Shown here: positions 26,257 to 39,100 of the stretch, one piece after another | Layout of the letters: each line of letters opens with the position of its first letter | How positions within the stretch are numbered: position 1 is the stretch's first letter | Assembly: GCA_003971905.1 (NCBI GenBank) | Contig: RSEE01000027.1 | Coordinates: 682,001 to 725,112 of the forward strand | DNA length: 43,112 nucleotides | Direction of reading: 5' to 3' | From: Moniliella sp. 'wahieum' | Lineage: Eukaryota | Made by a program: the position numbers and the translations under genes | The notes under the pieces: model-generated | What the model was told of the DNA's origin: nothing | What the model saw: the letters and a program-made list of their open reading frames with translations, nothing else | Databases searched by the model: none

Positions 26257-26853
26257 ACGGCGCTAGGACGCCGGCGGGGGGGGCACAGGGGTGTGGGCAC
26301 GCTGGGGGCAGGCGGGGCGGAGAAGCGGAGCGCTGATGCTCGGATGGCAGCGGCGGGGCTGGTGACGGCGGGGGTGCGGGTGCGGGTGCTGCGGGTGCGG
26401 GTGCGGGTGACGGTGACAGCGACGGCAGCGGTGATGACGACGGTGATGGCGGCGGGGAATGGAGAGTGCCCGCACGCCGGGGCCCAATCGTTCCGCAATC
26501 AGTAATCACGGGTGGCGGTGGGTGAGAGACGCCATGATGGCATCATCACACACAGCCCCAGCCGACGCCTGTGGTCGGATTCATGCTTGGCCAGTATCAA
26601 TCAGCGCACGCTGTGGCCAGCGACTGTGATTACCCCACCCGCTTCTACCGCATCAGCCGCAGCTGTAGAGCCGTGTTCTTACAACCCTAACCCAGCACGC
26701 ACCATTGCAGCTGGTCTGCGAAAACAGTTTACCCACGCCAAACTCCTGAGCACAATTGGCGTCTACGTTTGTCATGTAGTCCTCCCTTGAAGCTTCGCGA
26801 AGCTTCATCTACCTCCGCTGGCTGCACCTCGTCAAGCCCAACAGAACTCATCA

Positions 26854-26956
26854 GGTCGGATGGTCTAGCTGGTCATGGCGTACGCTTCACATGCAGTCCG
26901 AAGCACAAGGTCTCTCGAGACGCGTAAGGTCCCCGGTTCGATCCCGGGTTCGATCA
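26854..26956 (+). tRNA. tRNA-Val(CAC) with a 29-nt intron
   Basis: Acceptor stem GGTCGGA/TTCGATC; anticodon stem TACGC/GCGTA; CAC at 26888-26890; intron 26892-26920; T-arm CCCGG-TTCGATC-CCGGG; T6 terminator follows. Confidence 0.93.
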
Positions 26957-27482
26957 CTTTTTTGTAACTGGAGGCACACCACACCCCTAAGCACCAAATG
27001 CCGGTAGACTCTGTGCCGTATGGCGCCACGCACCTTCAAAAATCCAACCCGGCTCATCCCAGTTCATCCTCCTTCACCCCTTCCCCATGGACTTTCTATT
27101 GTGGTAAGAACAATCCTTTTCTGTGCGTGTTCTTCCCCAGATTATCGGGAGAATGTGAATGAGACGATACAAAAGGCTGCGGACGGAGGGCTTAAGCACT
27201 AGGAATACTGTGTGGGGGGTTATATAGCGTGCAAAGAGAGGAGAACACATGCGGTACAGGGAGGTATGGATCATTCACAACTGGGCCAGTGGCTTACACC
27301 AACAGCTGAACAAGTCAGTGCAGCACGAGCAAGGGCCAGAGCACAGCAGTATAGTATAGGTATCGTGGCGGAACAACGGCAACATGGGTGGGGAGGGAGG
27401 GAGCTGAAGTGAGCAAGTATAGGGCACTCAGCATCTTGCAATGGGACTGATGCAAAAGACGCATAGCGAACGCAATCTGTTG

Positions 27483-29550
27483 TTACCAGGTGTGCATCTG
27501 GACCTGACGGTAGTACACGGCCCACACCAAGGCATAAGTGGCAACCAAGGCGGTCAGTATCACCAGATTGCGCGGGCGAAGCAGACGGGTGGGGGGCGCG
27601 GGCTCGCTGACAGGCGAGGGAAGGGAGACACTGTCCATCCCTTTGCCCAGTCGCGGAGAGGTGGAAGTGGAGGTGGAGGTAGCAGGAGGGTAGGAGGCCA
27701 TCGCAGCATGGTACCCATCCACCGCGCAGTCCATCGCCCCGCGCCACGATCGACGCGAGGCTGTGGCGGCGGCCGCTTGGCTCATTGCCGCCCGCGCAGC
27801 AGGAGACCGATGAGTTGTGCGAGCATCTCACTGTACCGTTCCACCCCTTTGCTGAAGGTCGCACTCCCAGGACGCATGGCAGAGGCAAACGTCAACGCAT
27901 TGGGGTTGCGCTTCGGCTCTTCCTCCAGCCCTGACTTGACACCCATCTCGGTTGGGATCAGCAGGAGGCCCGTGTGGTTGTGGCGGACCAGATCCGCCGT
28001 TCCATCCGCCGCCAAGCCAACGACTGGCAGCCCTGAAGCCAGCGCTTCCAGTACCACTTGCCCAAACGTCTCGGTATACGAAGGAAAGGCAAAGATGTCG
28101 GCACTGGCATAGCATGCTGCCAGCGCCTTGCCACGTTGATGGCCCAGGAACAGAGCGGCGACACCCAACTGGGCGCACTCGGCTTCCAGCGCCCGCGCGC
28201 CGGGCCGTCACCAACAAATACCAGTTTCGAGCGCGCGCGCAGTACCGGGTCCAACGAGCGTACGCGGCCACCAGTAGCTGAAGATTTTTTTCCCAGCTTA
28301 GCCGGCCCACATAGAGCACCACCACGGACGGCGCAGTACACCGGTCGGCGCTTTGCTTTGTGTCGATAGCGGGCGCGTGGCCAAGATAGTGGATGGTTCG
28401 GCAGACGGCGAGGGGGTGGCTGCAATAGCAGGGGCGGGAGAGCAAAAGAGGCAAATGCTGCCTCTGGAATCGCAGCGCCCACCACGGCTTCGTAGGACGG
28501 GGGCGGACTACGCTCAATTCCCTGCGAAAAGGTATCGGGGGAAGGTGTGTGGATGTAGGACCTATCCTCAACACATCCCCATTCGCCTCGTAGCTTCTCA
28601 TCACGGGCCAGTGGCTTTAATTGGAACGAAAAGAGTGGTATGGTCAGTCTGTGCGTCTTACACAGCAGATAACATGCAATGCGCATCCCAGTTGACACGT
28701 ACCGTGAATACTGTTATCAATCCCACGCGGCCAGAGGGAAACGTTGGAGAAGTTCTTGGATGCTAGCAACGTAGCCGTCGAAGGAGACGGACAGAGGGTA
28801 TATTCGCACTTGTTGTGGAGCGAGCGCGTTAGACCCCAAATGGCCCGCTCCAACCAGGGCGCTCCGTACAGACTGGCATAGACGGCAATGTTGGTGTGGT
28901 ACGAGGCGACCATGGGAACCGCAGGGAAATTGGCACGGACAAGAGGAACCATTTGAGCTCCTAGCCAAATGGGATCAATAAAGTGGACCACATCCGGTTG
29001 GAAGCGCGCCATCTCACGTAGGAACCGAGGGCGGGCAAAGTTGAGTCTGAGGCCAGGGTAGACCACCAGGGGCACGCCCCACGTACCCACGACCGAATGG
29101 CCAGCATACGACGTCTGGAGTAGGAACATCGAACCATCACACATACATGTCAGCACACCCATCTCCAGTTGACGTTTGCTGGAAAAACGAGAACGCGCTC
29201 CTCAGGAAGAGACTGACCATCCCGTGTCGGGGCCACAGACGATGACTTGGTGCCCCTCGGCCGCAAGGTGCTCTAGCAACCGCGCCAGCGTACGCGTTAC
29301 AACAACGTCCACTTTGGGCAAAAGTTTTCCGTCACAATGGCCACACGTAGTCGACGACTGTGCCGCGCCCGCGGCGGGAGCGGGACCCAGGCCGCGCCTG
29401 GCTCAGGCTCCCACCATGCGTTAATACTCGATGGTCGGCCTTGCGTCGGTCGTATCGGGGGACGAAGGGCTACGGCCAAAGTCGTGGTCAGTCAGACTGG
29501 GAACGGGCGGCGGCTTGTCGGACAGCGGCGGACGCGATGTGGTTCAGCAT
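27483..29550 (-). CDS. Glycosyltransferase family 4 (GT-B; SQD2/MgtA-like subfamily) with a C-terminal TM helix
   Basis: Motifs LRVAIVTENF-PKVD, FQPDVVHFIDP, ASYHTN, LWPRGID, LYVGRLSWEKN, LVFVGDGPAR and YASADIFAFPSYTETFGQVVLEALASGLPVV. Introns 29115-29217 and 28615-28702. Start uncertain. Confidence 0.9.
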
Positions 29551-31363
29551 CGTGCGTTTCGACGTGTGGTCGGGAATGGGTGGAGGGAGGGCAATGGGCG
29601 AGAAGAGGCTCATTGTAGTCCAAACAGGGGTGGGTGGCACAGCAACACCGGGTGGGGCCTGAGGCGCCTGAGAGGGATGAGGCGCAGGAGTCGGGGGGGG
29701 GGGCGAGGGCGTGGGCGACAGGAGGGATGGCGATACATTTATACTGCCGGGGGCGAGGGGCGAGAGAGGGAGTAAACTGTGATCCCAGAGCGCTCGCATG
29801 CCCGTCAAGGCGCATGCCATGTGTGCACACTGACAAAGCACTGGCATAGCCTGCCGATGGCAGTATCGCACCCAACGTCGGCGATGCGATAAAGCCACCG
29901 TGCGCGTGCGTTCAATGCGGCAGCGGCAGAAGAAGTGCCTCGGCGCCACTTGCATTCTCGATCTCTATCCAGCACCGGCCGAGACTGGCGCGGAAGTGCA
30001 CACTGCCCTCTTTATGAATCACTGCCCGCGTGTCTGAGGGCGCGAGCAGCAACACCAAGATAGCCGCTGCTGCCTCGGCGCTTCCGCCAATGGGAAAGCC
30101 AGTGTTGTAGCTATAGAAACGGCACGTGCTGTAGGCAATGCCAGCTGCAGCTGTTTGGCGTCTGGGGCAGCGAACGACAGCCGGACACTTATCAGCAAGT
30201 CGAGTCTTGTCTCCACCGGCATTGCAGCACACCTATCTCTAGAGGAGAGGAGTACGCAACGCGCCGGGAACGCTGTCCCGTTGAGAGACCCTACCGTACC
30301 GGGGCCCGGGGCTGGCCCGCGGTTTGAGGCCTGAGGCCAGAGGCCTGATACGAGGACGCGTGCCGGTGGCTTGGAGAGGCCTTCTCCCTCATTAAAGATC
30401 TCTTTCCTCCTCCTCTCTCCTCCCTCCTCTCTCCTCTCCCGCTTCGCCCGTGGTATGTGAGACGAGTGGCCAAGTGGCGAGGGCAGGCGCGAGGCGGGCG
30501 TCCATCGATGACATCCTCCGCCAACAGCAGCACCCCGACGGGGCGGAGCGTGATGCAGTGATGCGATGCCCGCGCCGACGAGACTGGATACTGGATGCTC
30601 GAGCGGATCGTTGGGCCTCCTCCAAGGGGGTGAGACGGCACGTGCGCACTGCTCCGCCAGCCGCCTCGCCCGGGCAGCTTCAAGAACCCATCACGTGGCC
30701 AATGAACCAAACGGCGGCCAGCCATCTGCATTTACCCCACACGTGTCTTTGGCGTCTTTCTCCCGCCGTACTACCTGGCCGTGCACTCCATCCACGTGGA
30801 ACCATTACATCAGCTCATACACGCCTCAGGCGTCACGCGTCACGGAAGCTTGAGCGCGTTGCCCGTCACGTGCACGACCGCGCCCCGGTCGGTAGAAGCT
30901 CTTCGAAGCCACACGCCCACTCTGCCAATTATGGGGTCACAGACAAGTAAAATGAGAGGCAAGCAGCACGGATGCTTGTGCATACAGTCCAGCCAAGTAC
31001 AAGTAGGCCTGCCTGCACTGAGCCGTGCATGCTGGCGATACGGACACAGGGCTCAAGGGGACGGGGACAGGGACTACGGGGGGTTGCGTTGCGAATGGCA
31101 ACTCGCAACCGAGGAGAAACGGGGGGACAAGTAAACGAGAGTGGGACTGCATCAGCAGCCAGGGTGAAGCGTGATGAGACAAGGTAGGGAGGGACACGTT
31201 GGGAGGTTGGGTTGGTAAAAATGGAGCACTGGTCCTCAACTCCAGAGAAATACCTGGTGTAGAGCCAAGCAAGGGGGGGTGGGGTGGCGATGTCAAAAGA
31301 TCAATGGCCCAAACACTCGGCGGCCACTTCGAATCCAAAGACCAGCAAGGGAACCACACCATT

Positions 31364-32062
31364 TTAGAACTTGATCAGCTCGTTCTCAAGGGCAAACCAG
31401 GTCCCGGCGGCGGTTGCGGCCGCAACAATGGCGAGCAGGAGAGCGACGAGCGGCAGAGGCACTTGTGGGATGGCGACGATTTGGTTGCCAGCTGGGCACG
31501 GAGCTTTTCGTTCTCGGCCTGCAGTTGGGCCGGGGTGAGAGGCTTGGCAGGAGCGCCGTTGCGGGACCCCGAGACAGCCGACTCATCTTCCGGTTCTTCG
31601 GGCACAGCGGCCGACTGGGGCGGGAGGTAGGCAACACGGATCTTCTGCTCACGAATCGACTCCTTGTCCTGCTTCTCCACCACGGGCCAAAAGTCGGCGT
31701 AGGACATCGCGGCCAAGTTGGCGGGAATGGGGGCAGACTGGATCAGAAACTTGTCGCGGCACTTGGCGTTGAGCGGCGGCTCGGCCTGCATGGGCTGCAG
31801 CATGATCTGCACCTCGGACCTCTGCCCGGCTCGATGCGGCCCGAGTTGGGCTTGACGCAGTACTGCTTGGGCGCGGTGGTCTTGATCTTGAAGGCAATGG
31901 GGAACTTGTTGGGGTTGCTGATGAGCAGCGGGCGGGTGACCAGCTCAGTTAATGGGCGCGGGAAGCCGAGCTGGGAGTGGGGCGTAAGGCTGGAGGACGA
32001 GGAGAGTCAGAAGCGAGAGCAGGCAGGAGGGGGCGTGGCGCGTGGACGTACTCGACAGACAT
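31364..32062 (-). CDS. SCS2: VAP / Scs2 MSP-domain ER membrane protein
   Basis: MSVD|LTPHSQLGFPR across intron 31990-32051, then AFKIKTTAPKQYCVKPNSG and KCRDKFLIQS. Frame-corrected tail anchor VPLPLVALLLAIVAAATAAGTWFAL...KF*. Confidence 0.9.
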
Positions 32063-32376
32063 GGCACGACGGGGGCGGGGGTGGGGGCGAGGGCGGGGTG
32101 GTGGTGTGGTGGCCAAGCGTTCTGGGGGTGCGAAGACTTGGGCTGGACGGCCGAAGCACGGCAGGGCCAGAGTGCTCAGGGGCAGCGTAGGGTTGCACAA
32201 CGACACGCCGTGGGCCAGCGCGTCGTGAAAGCAGGCGACACTGGCGCTGTGCGGGGCGCTGCGTCCCCACATTGGGCGCAACCCTAGCGGGATTCGCCGG
32301 CGGGGATTCGCCCCACCAGTGCGACAGGAGAGCTAGTAGCCCCCACACGGGGCAGCGGTGGGCGCGGGCAGGCGTG

Positions 32377-32480
32377 CGCTGTGCTGCGCGCTGCTGCGCT
32401 GTGCTGCGCTCTGTGCTGCGCTGTGCTGCGCTCTGTGCTGCGCTGTGCTGCGCTCTGTGCTGCGCTGTGCTGCGCTGTGC
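32377..32480. repeat. GC-rich minisatellite (alternating ctgtgctgcg / ctctgtgctgcg; 22-nt higher-order unit)
   Basis: Read directly; lies upstream of SCS2. Confidence 0.9.
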
Positions 32481-32686
32481 ACTGCCCACGCGTCCCCGCA
32501 TTCTGGGCGCGCCAACAATTAACAACGCGACCCACCCCGTCTGGGCGCTGAGCCTACTACAGCCTAGGACTCGAGCCTAGGACTAGAGCCTAGGACTACA
32601 GCCAAAGTCTACAACCCCACCCCGCAGCCATGCGCTGGGATGCGCCTGCCGCTGCCCCTTGCACCACAGCCTGCCGCGCCAGGCTA

Positions 32687-35556
32687 TTACGCAGATAAAG
32701 CATTCGCACCCCTGCCCCCGCCACACAGCCCCCCCGCCGCGCCCCACGCCTCACCCCGCGCCGCCGCCCCGCCGCCCCTTGCGGCCCTTGCCGCGGCTTG
32801 GCCCTGGCGCCGGCACTGCTGACGGCGTCCCCGACGGCGCCCCGATGCGCCGCCCGCCGCCGCCGGCGCTGGCCGCGACACTGGGCGCGTGAACCAGGCT
32901 GGGTCCCCGCTGAACCGCGACCCCGGCGGCGGATGGGCGACGTGGGACGACGGCGGTGGGACGTGGACCCGGGCACCCGCGGCCCCTCGGCTGCTCCACC
33001 GCCGCGTCCCCCCCTTCTTGCTGCGTTTGCTGCCGCTCGCACGTGTCTCGGCCACGGCCGCCGAAGCCGGGGCTGCCGTCGCTTTCCCGTGGCCGGTAGG
33101 TGCCACGACCGCGGGCCCGCGACCAGCCGGGGCGGCGACGGGCTTGCGGCCGCCATGCGACCAGGCTGGCGCTGGCGCGGCCGGGCAACGCCACCGCGGG
33201 CGCCAAGCTCGGGTTGCAAACATAAAATCGTCGTCTTCAAACTCGTCGGCCCAATCAATTTGGCCCAGCGGCATACGAAGCAGATCCGAGCTCGCCAACG
33301 GCGGGGGCACAGCTACAGCCCCAGCCGACTTGGGCTCCGCTGCCTGCGTCTCCGCACGTTTCGTCTCACTAGGTTGCGGCGCAGGCTGGCGGTCTGTGGG
33401 GACGCCCGCTGGCGGGGCCGTCGTCGTTGCCGCCGCAGTAGCAGTAGCAGCAGGAGTCACCTTCCCCTGCCGTTTGCCTTGCGAGGACGGCGGGGCGAGA
33501 GCGGTGCCCCGTTCCCCGCCCCCTTCGTTGTCCCATTGCCCGTGCCATCCAGACTCTGCGACTGGGACACAGGCGGTGGATTGGACACCCCCCGTTTTCT
33601 CCCTTTCTTTCCAGGCGCCGGCGAAGGGTCGGTAGGTTCCCTTTCCGGTCGGGATGGTTTCTCCGGAGCCGGGGGAGGCGCATGCGCAGGATGGCCAGAC
33701 GAAGGCTCGACGGGCTGAGGGTGCGCGGGCTGCGTCGCGGCAGGTGGCCCAGCGCGTTGGTGAGCGCCCGCGTTCGCACGAGATTGCTTTTCAGCCGCCG
33801 CGAGCCTTTCCTTGCGCAGGCGTTCTTTTCGCCCACCACGATGGGTCTTGGAAGTACTCGGCCCTGGCGCACGAGTGTCTTGAGGTGGGACAGGGTGAGG
33901 CGGAGCTGCCGAGCCGGCGGAACCGCCAGCCCTTTGCCCTTGGATTCGGGGTGCGCTTTGGTCATTGTCCCAGGCCCCGCTGGGGAATCAATTGTTCCTT
34001 TCCCACCTTCCGCTTTCGTAACACTTGCACTGGGCGGGGGATGCTCAGCAGTCGTTTGTGAGCCCTTTTTCTTGGCCTTGAGAGGTGCCTTGGCCCCCGC
34101 CGATACTGTCGAGGGAGTCGGCGCCTGTCCACTTGCCTTTTTGTTGTACCATTTGGTTGGCCTGGGGGCTGTGCGGCCGTAGGAGGGACGTCTCGTGGCC
34201 TCCCGTTTGGAGGGTGGTGGGCAGAGAGAGGTACAGCGACACGGGTGGTAGTTGGCTCAGCGTTGGCCGTCACAGTTGTGTTTTCTTCTTTTTTGGGGCG
34301 GGCTCCACGCCAGTGAGGAGCGGAGCAGATAGGTCGGCCACCTCCCTGCTCTTCCTTTGGTTGCCAGGTTCGACAGGGGCGGCGAGAGCATGAGTAGGAA
34401 CAGGGGATACAGCCGCGGAAGACGGAGTGGAGCCACCGCTACTCTGCATTCGTACCTTGCGAATCCGCTCTAGGATCGAATCGATGGCTTGCGTCCCGCC
34501 GTCGGCGCTAGCACGAGCCGAATCATCCGTACTTGGGGGCGCATACTTGCTATCCATCGAGGTGCGCGACGAAGGCAGCAGAATCGACCCCACCGTTTCT
34601 TTGGCCCGATCTGGCGCACCGGTTCCCACCTCCTTGGTGGAGGGTGGGTCGTGCGCGGCCTTGCCAGTGGGCGGACAGGCCGAGACGCTGCTGCTGCGCC
34701 CGAGTGCTGGCGGGTGGGGGGCGCTACAGAGGATTCGAGTGGCGTGGTCGCTGCGGGGGGGGAAGCGGGCGAATCCCAAGTCGTTCAGCTAGAGACAAGG
34801 TACGTTTGGTACTGCCAGAAGAGGATGTGGAGTGCTGGGCCTTCGTGTGCGCTTGGTTCTTACTTTCGGCTCGGGGCTGGCCCGGTCCAAACCAGCCGTC
34901 ATCGTCCTCCTCAATCGATTTGGACGACTCCACTGGCGTCGCCTCCGCAGCCACACCGCTAGGGGCTTGGGTAGCGGACGTGGCGTACTTACTAGCCAAC
35001 GAGCCGGAAGTGGAAGCTTCGGGCGCGGTCGCGGTCGATCCGGATGCAGCGGCAACGGCCATTTTGGCAGCTTTTCGGCGCTCCTCATCGGCGCCAAGCC
35101 AGCCACCAGGGCCAACACTTCCAGCCGCTCGTCGCCCACTGTACGGCCAGCCTCGATAAACTGCTGCATATTAGGTGGCTTGGTGATGGCCAGCGGATCG
35201 CGACGACAGCTCATCCCAGGATACCCCCGTCCCGTATAGGTGTACTTGTTGCCGTGCACGCGGCGCACACTGGGGAACTCGATACGCGGAGGAAGCGAGT
35301 CTGAGATGCGAGCGCGCGCTGTGTGTAGTTTGCCTCGTGAGAGCTCTGGTGATTGAGATTGAGGGGGGAGCGGGGGGGGGAGGGTCAGTGGCTGCGGGAA
35401 AAGGAGGAGGAGAGAGGGCGACGCACCGTGGCGGCTGAGGGGCTTGTGCTGTTCGTCCCACACGTGCTGGAGAAAGGCGTGAGAGCCAAAGGATTCGTGG
35501 AATTCACAACTCGTCGGGGCCGGGGCCGACGTGGAAGAGGTGGTCATGGAGGTCAT
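32687..35556 (-). CDS. Large low-complexity hypothetical protein (fragmented)
   Basis: Chain of overlapping minus-strand ORFs (34789-, 34724-, 34270-, 33962-, 32687-) with protein-like composition. ATG at 35556 and an in-frame intron 35346-35426 (GTGCGT..CAG). No recognisable domain. Confidence 0.5.
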
Positions 35557-36142
35557 GGCGGGAGAAGGGCCGGTGCCCCAGGCGGCGGGATGGAGGATGG
35601 TGGGATGTGGATGGGAGTGGGAGTGGGGATGGGAGTGGGAATGGGGATGAAGATGGAAATGGCGCTGGAGATGGCGATGGTGATGGCGATGGAAATGGAA
35701 ATGGAATGGGGTTCGTTGACCAGGGCCAGACGAGCGGCAGGGCTGGAGCATCCAGGAGCAGGCGGCACGAGGCTTGAAGCTTGAATGTTTGAACTGGACG
35801 TTGAACCTTGAAGCTTGAAGCTTGAAGCTTGAAGGGCTACGACGAGTATTGGCTGCGCATCGAGCAAGGCTGCCCTGCAGACGGTGAGTCCCACCGCTGA
35901 GCCTCAGCCATCAGCGCCCCCCACCGCGCCAGCGACTCCTGGCGGTGCGCACGCGGGCAGTGTGTCTGTCCCTGCCATGCAGCCGGCGTTGCCGTGCGAG
36001 GCGCATCGACACTGGCCGGGTGCGGCGGCGCCTCCCAGACAGCACACACCAGCCCCGTGTTCCTGCATACGCGCGGCGTGGTACTCTGCCCATCCCACGC
36101 CCCCCTCGGTTCCTGTCCAGCACAGTATATTGATTGCAGCGT

Positions 36143-39100
36143 CTACACCTCCACCGCCTCGCCCGGCGCGACCGGCGCGTCGGACACGCCGGCCGCCAGC
36201 ACCAGCGCGTACACCCGCTGGTCCTCCATCCCAGGCCAGCCGACGGGTGCCGCTGCAGCAGCAGCCGCGGCCCGCTGCCGCCGCGCCGCCGCCCCGCAGC
36301 AGCGCCACGCCCGCCCGCGCACCACCTGCACCAGCTCGCCGCTCGTCGCATGGCGCACCTCGAGCATGTTGGCACTCACCCCCACCACGTACGGCGCCAC
36401 CGCCACCACCCGCCGCGGCTCGCTCTCCCACCGGAATCCATCCCGCAGCCGCGTCCACCCCGACGCCGCACATACAGCCCCACCCGCTCGTAGCACATCA
36501 GCCATTCGTCCCGCCCCACACAGAACGCGGCCAGCACGCGGGCGCCCGTCAGCTCCGCCCGCACCGCCTGGGCCGTCGGCTCCCGCCCCCTGCCGCTGCG
36601 CCCAAGCTGCGACGAGTGCGGCGAGCTGGCCTGGTGCGCCGAGCTCGGCCGCGACGACAGCGCCCAGCTACGCAGTTTCGAGGCCATCCCGCCCGTGTTG
36701 CGCCGATGCATCGTCCCTCGGGCGGGGGATGCAGCGCGCGGGCAAACTCACCCTGCGCGCCGTCGCCTCCGGCCGCAAGATCTCCACCTTGACGTGCGCA
36801 CCAGAACCAAGTGCCCCCCTGACCACATGACGCCGCGCACATCCCCCTCTGCCACTGGCGGTAGCGGCCGAAACACACAATCCGGTCCGTCGATGGGCTG
36901 GTCCGGCGCAGGCACCCGCCGCAACGAGGGACCCTGCCAGGCAGCTTGGAACAAGTCCCACTCCACCTCCCACTGCCGCACTTGCACGCCCCCCGGCGCG
37001 TGGACGGCACACAGCACGCGAGTCAGATCCGCCAGTTGCAGGACGCAAAAAATACCACGTCCTCCACCATCTTGGTGGCGCACTGGGAACAGCGGCTACG
37101 GCACGGTGCGGGGCGCGACCGCGTCCAACGGGTAGACGGACAATTGCGAGTCGATCAGCAAAAGCAAAAGCCCACCCTCGGGCGTGCTAATCACCCCCAC
37201 ATCCTTCAGACCGGGTATGTTCTTCACCATGGTCCACATGGTCGACGGATCTTCCTTCCATCCGATCCACAGCCCCGCCGGCGGCCCCTCGGTCACCACC
37301 GCCACACGCTCCCTGCCATCGCGGGTGGTGAAGGTGACAGCAGCCCGAATGCACCGGTAGCCCGGGGTTGCATCCCGCGGGGAAGCCGCGCGGATGTCAT
37401 CCTCCGGAATGGTACTTGCCCACTCGACTGCATGCGTCGGCGAAGCGACCAAGCCAAATGACTGTTGCGCCATAAGGTCCAGACGAAACGGTGCGACGGC
37501 GGCCAGTTGGCGAGAACGCGCTTCGATCGACAACTCGAGCACCGACTGCAGCGCCTGCCGCTCTTCCTCGTCCTTCATATAGATGATAGAGCTGCGAGCT
37601 GTACTCATGTGCCGGTACGCGACAGGGTACACTTTGCCCCCCGCTCCCGACGCGATACTGATCTTGAGAGGCGCGTCGGAGAAGGTGCCGAGCACAAGCA
37701 GTTCCAAGGGGATCGGCTTGGGGACCCAAGCGGTCCCCAACGAGCGATAGTTAGCCAAATGCAATACCAAGAACCAAATCGTTTTCCATATGCCCCTTGG
37801 AGTAAGGGCGAGAGCAGGGAACAGTGGACGTACTCGTTCATCAAAGGCCCACCCATCGCACGACTCATCCTCAGGCGGGTCGTTGGGATCCGGGGCAAAT
37901 GCATTGGGACGACGTTGCAGTAGGAAAAAAGACTTGTCTGTCACGACCAGCATTAGAGTCATCACCTTGGTCCCTAAGGAACTTTCCAGCTTGCGGTACA
38001 CGATGCCTTCGTACACCACGCCCTTCTGGGCCGGGGCCAAGCCGAGCGCGGCGCGGAGGTGGGTTTCGCCAATTTCCGGCTCGGCAGGCCAGACTAGTTT
38101 CTCGCTCCAAATGTACGCTTGCGCAATCGCTTCGGCAGGTGCAAGTATGTGGCGCTGCTGCCAGATGAGGAGGTCACGAATCCGAGCCATGGCATTGCTC
38201 AGCCCATCTCGCTCCTGCTCGTCGGTGTGACTTCCTTCGTTGGAGATAAGCAACTCCATCCGCGCCAGCAGTACCAACGGACGATGCAGTACGAGTCGAC
38301 GCTCAACCGGTTCGGCCCGGACCAGGTGGACGGGGCGGAAAGGTACGCGGCCAAGCCCTTGTCACGCTGCTTGGCCAGGTCCAGCTGGCTTTGATCAAGT
38401 AGTATTTTTGGGCATAGCTCGTGAAGCATTGCGACACGTCGTGGTCCAGCGCAGAAAGCACCAGGTCGCCCACCCCACTCACCATCGCATCTCCTTCTAC
38501 CAGCCGGTGCGCAGCGCATGCAGCAGCGCCTGAGCCCAATCAATGCACGGCTGCAGCACCCTTGCCCGTCGTTCGCACCACCTTGGACCGGATCTCTTGG
38601 TGTCCCAGATCGGCCCAGGGCACAAGAGGGCGCTTCAATTCAACGTTGGTCGGGGTCAGACTGTACCTCCCCTCGTCTTCCGGCACGCTTCCCTGTTCCA
38701 GCGAGGGCAGCCAGACCGATTGGATAGAGCAAGTCCCCCACGAACTCGGCTTGGTGTTTGGATCAGTTCGTACATCTGGTTCTGCCGGTTGATCTCGGCG
38801 CTTTCCAACTGCTCCCACACGTGCATCGGTACCAACTCTTGCCATGACGGTTTGGTTTTCGTCCGCAGCACCGTTTCCAGAGCACGGTCGAGCCCGTGGG
38901 AGACCAACAACGGGTCTGAACGGATCGGGACCAATTCCCTGGCGCTGCAACGCAAGGAGCTTCCGGGTGGGAGAAAAGGTTTGTAGTCTCACTACGCGAG
39001 TGGGAGGCCAACGAGTTAGGACCCTCGGTCGTCGGTGCCGAGGACAGGCTGGATGCGTTGAGATGGGAAAAAGATGTCCATCGTTGGCCCGAACCAGAGA

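Noticed and set aside
26682..26693. CAACCCTAACCC, resembling a telomerase RNA template or telomeric seed
   Set aside because: A single 11-12 nt match is plausible by chance in 43 kb and no supporting structure is recognisable.
35600..35710. Hexamer-like ATGGRR runs (also gcgagt at 10576 and ggtgcg at 26370) giving His/Pro- or Met-rich ORFs
   Set aside because: Ordinary purine/pyrimidine-skewed 5'UTR microsatellites.
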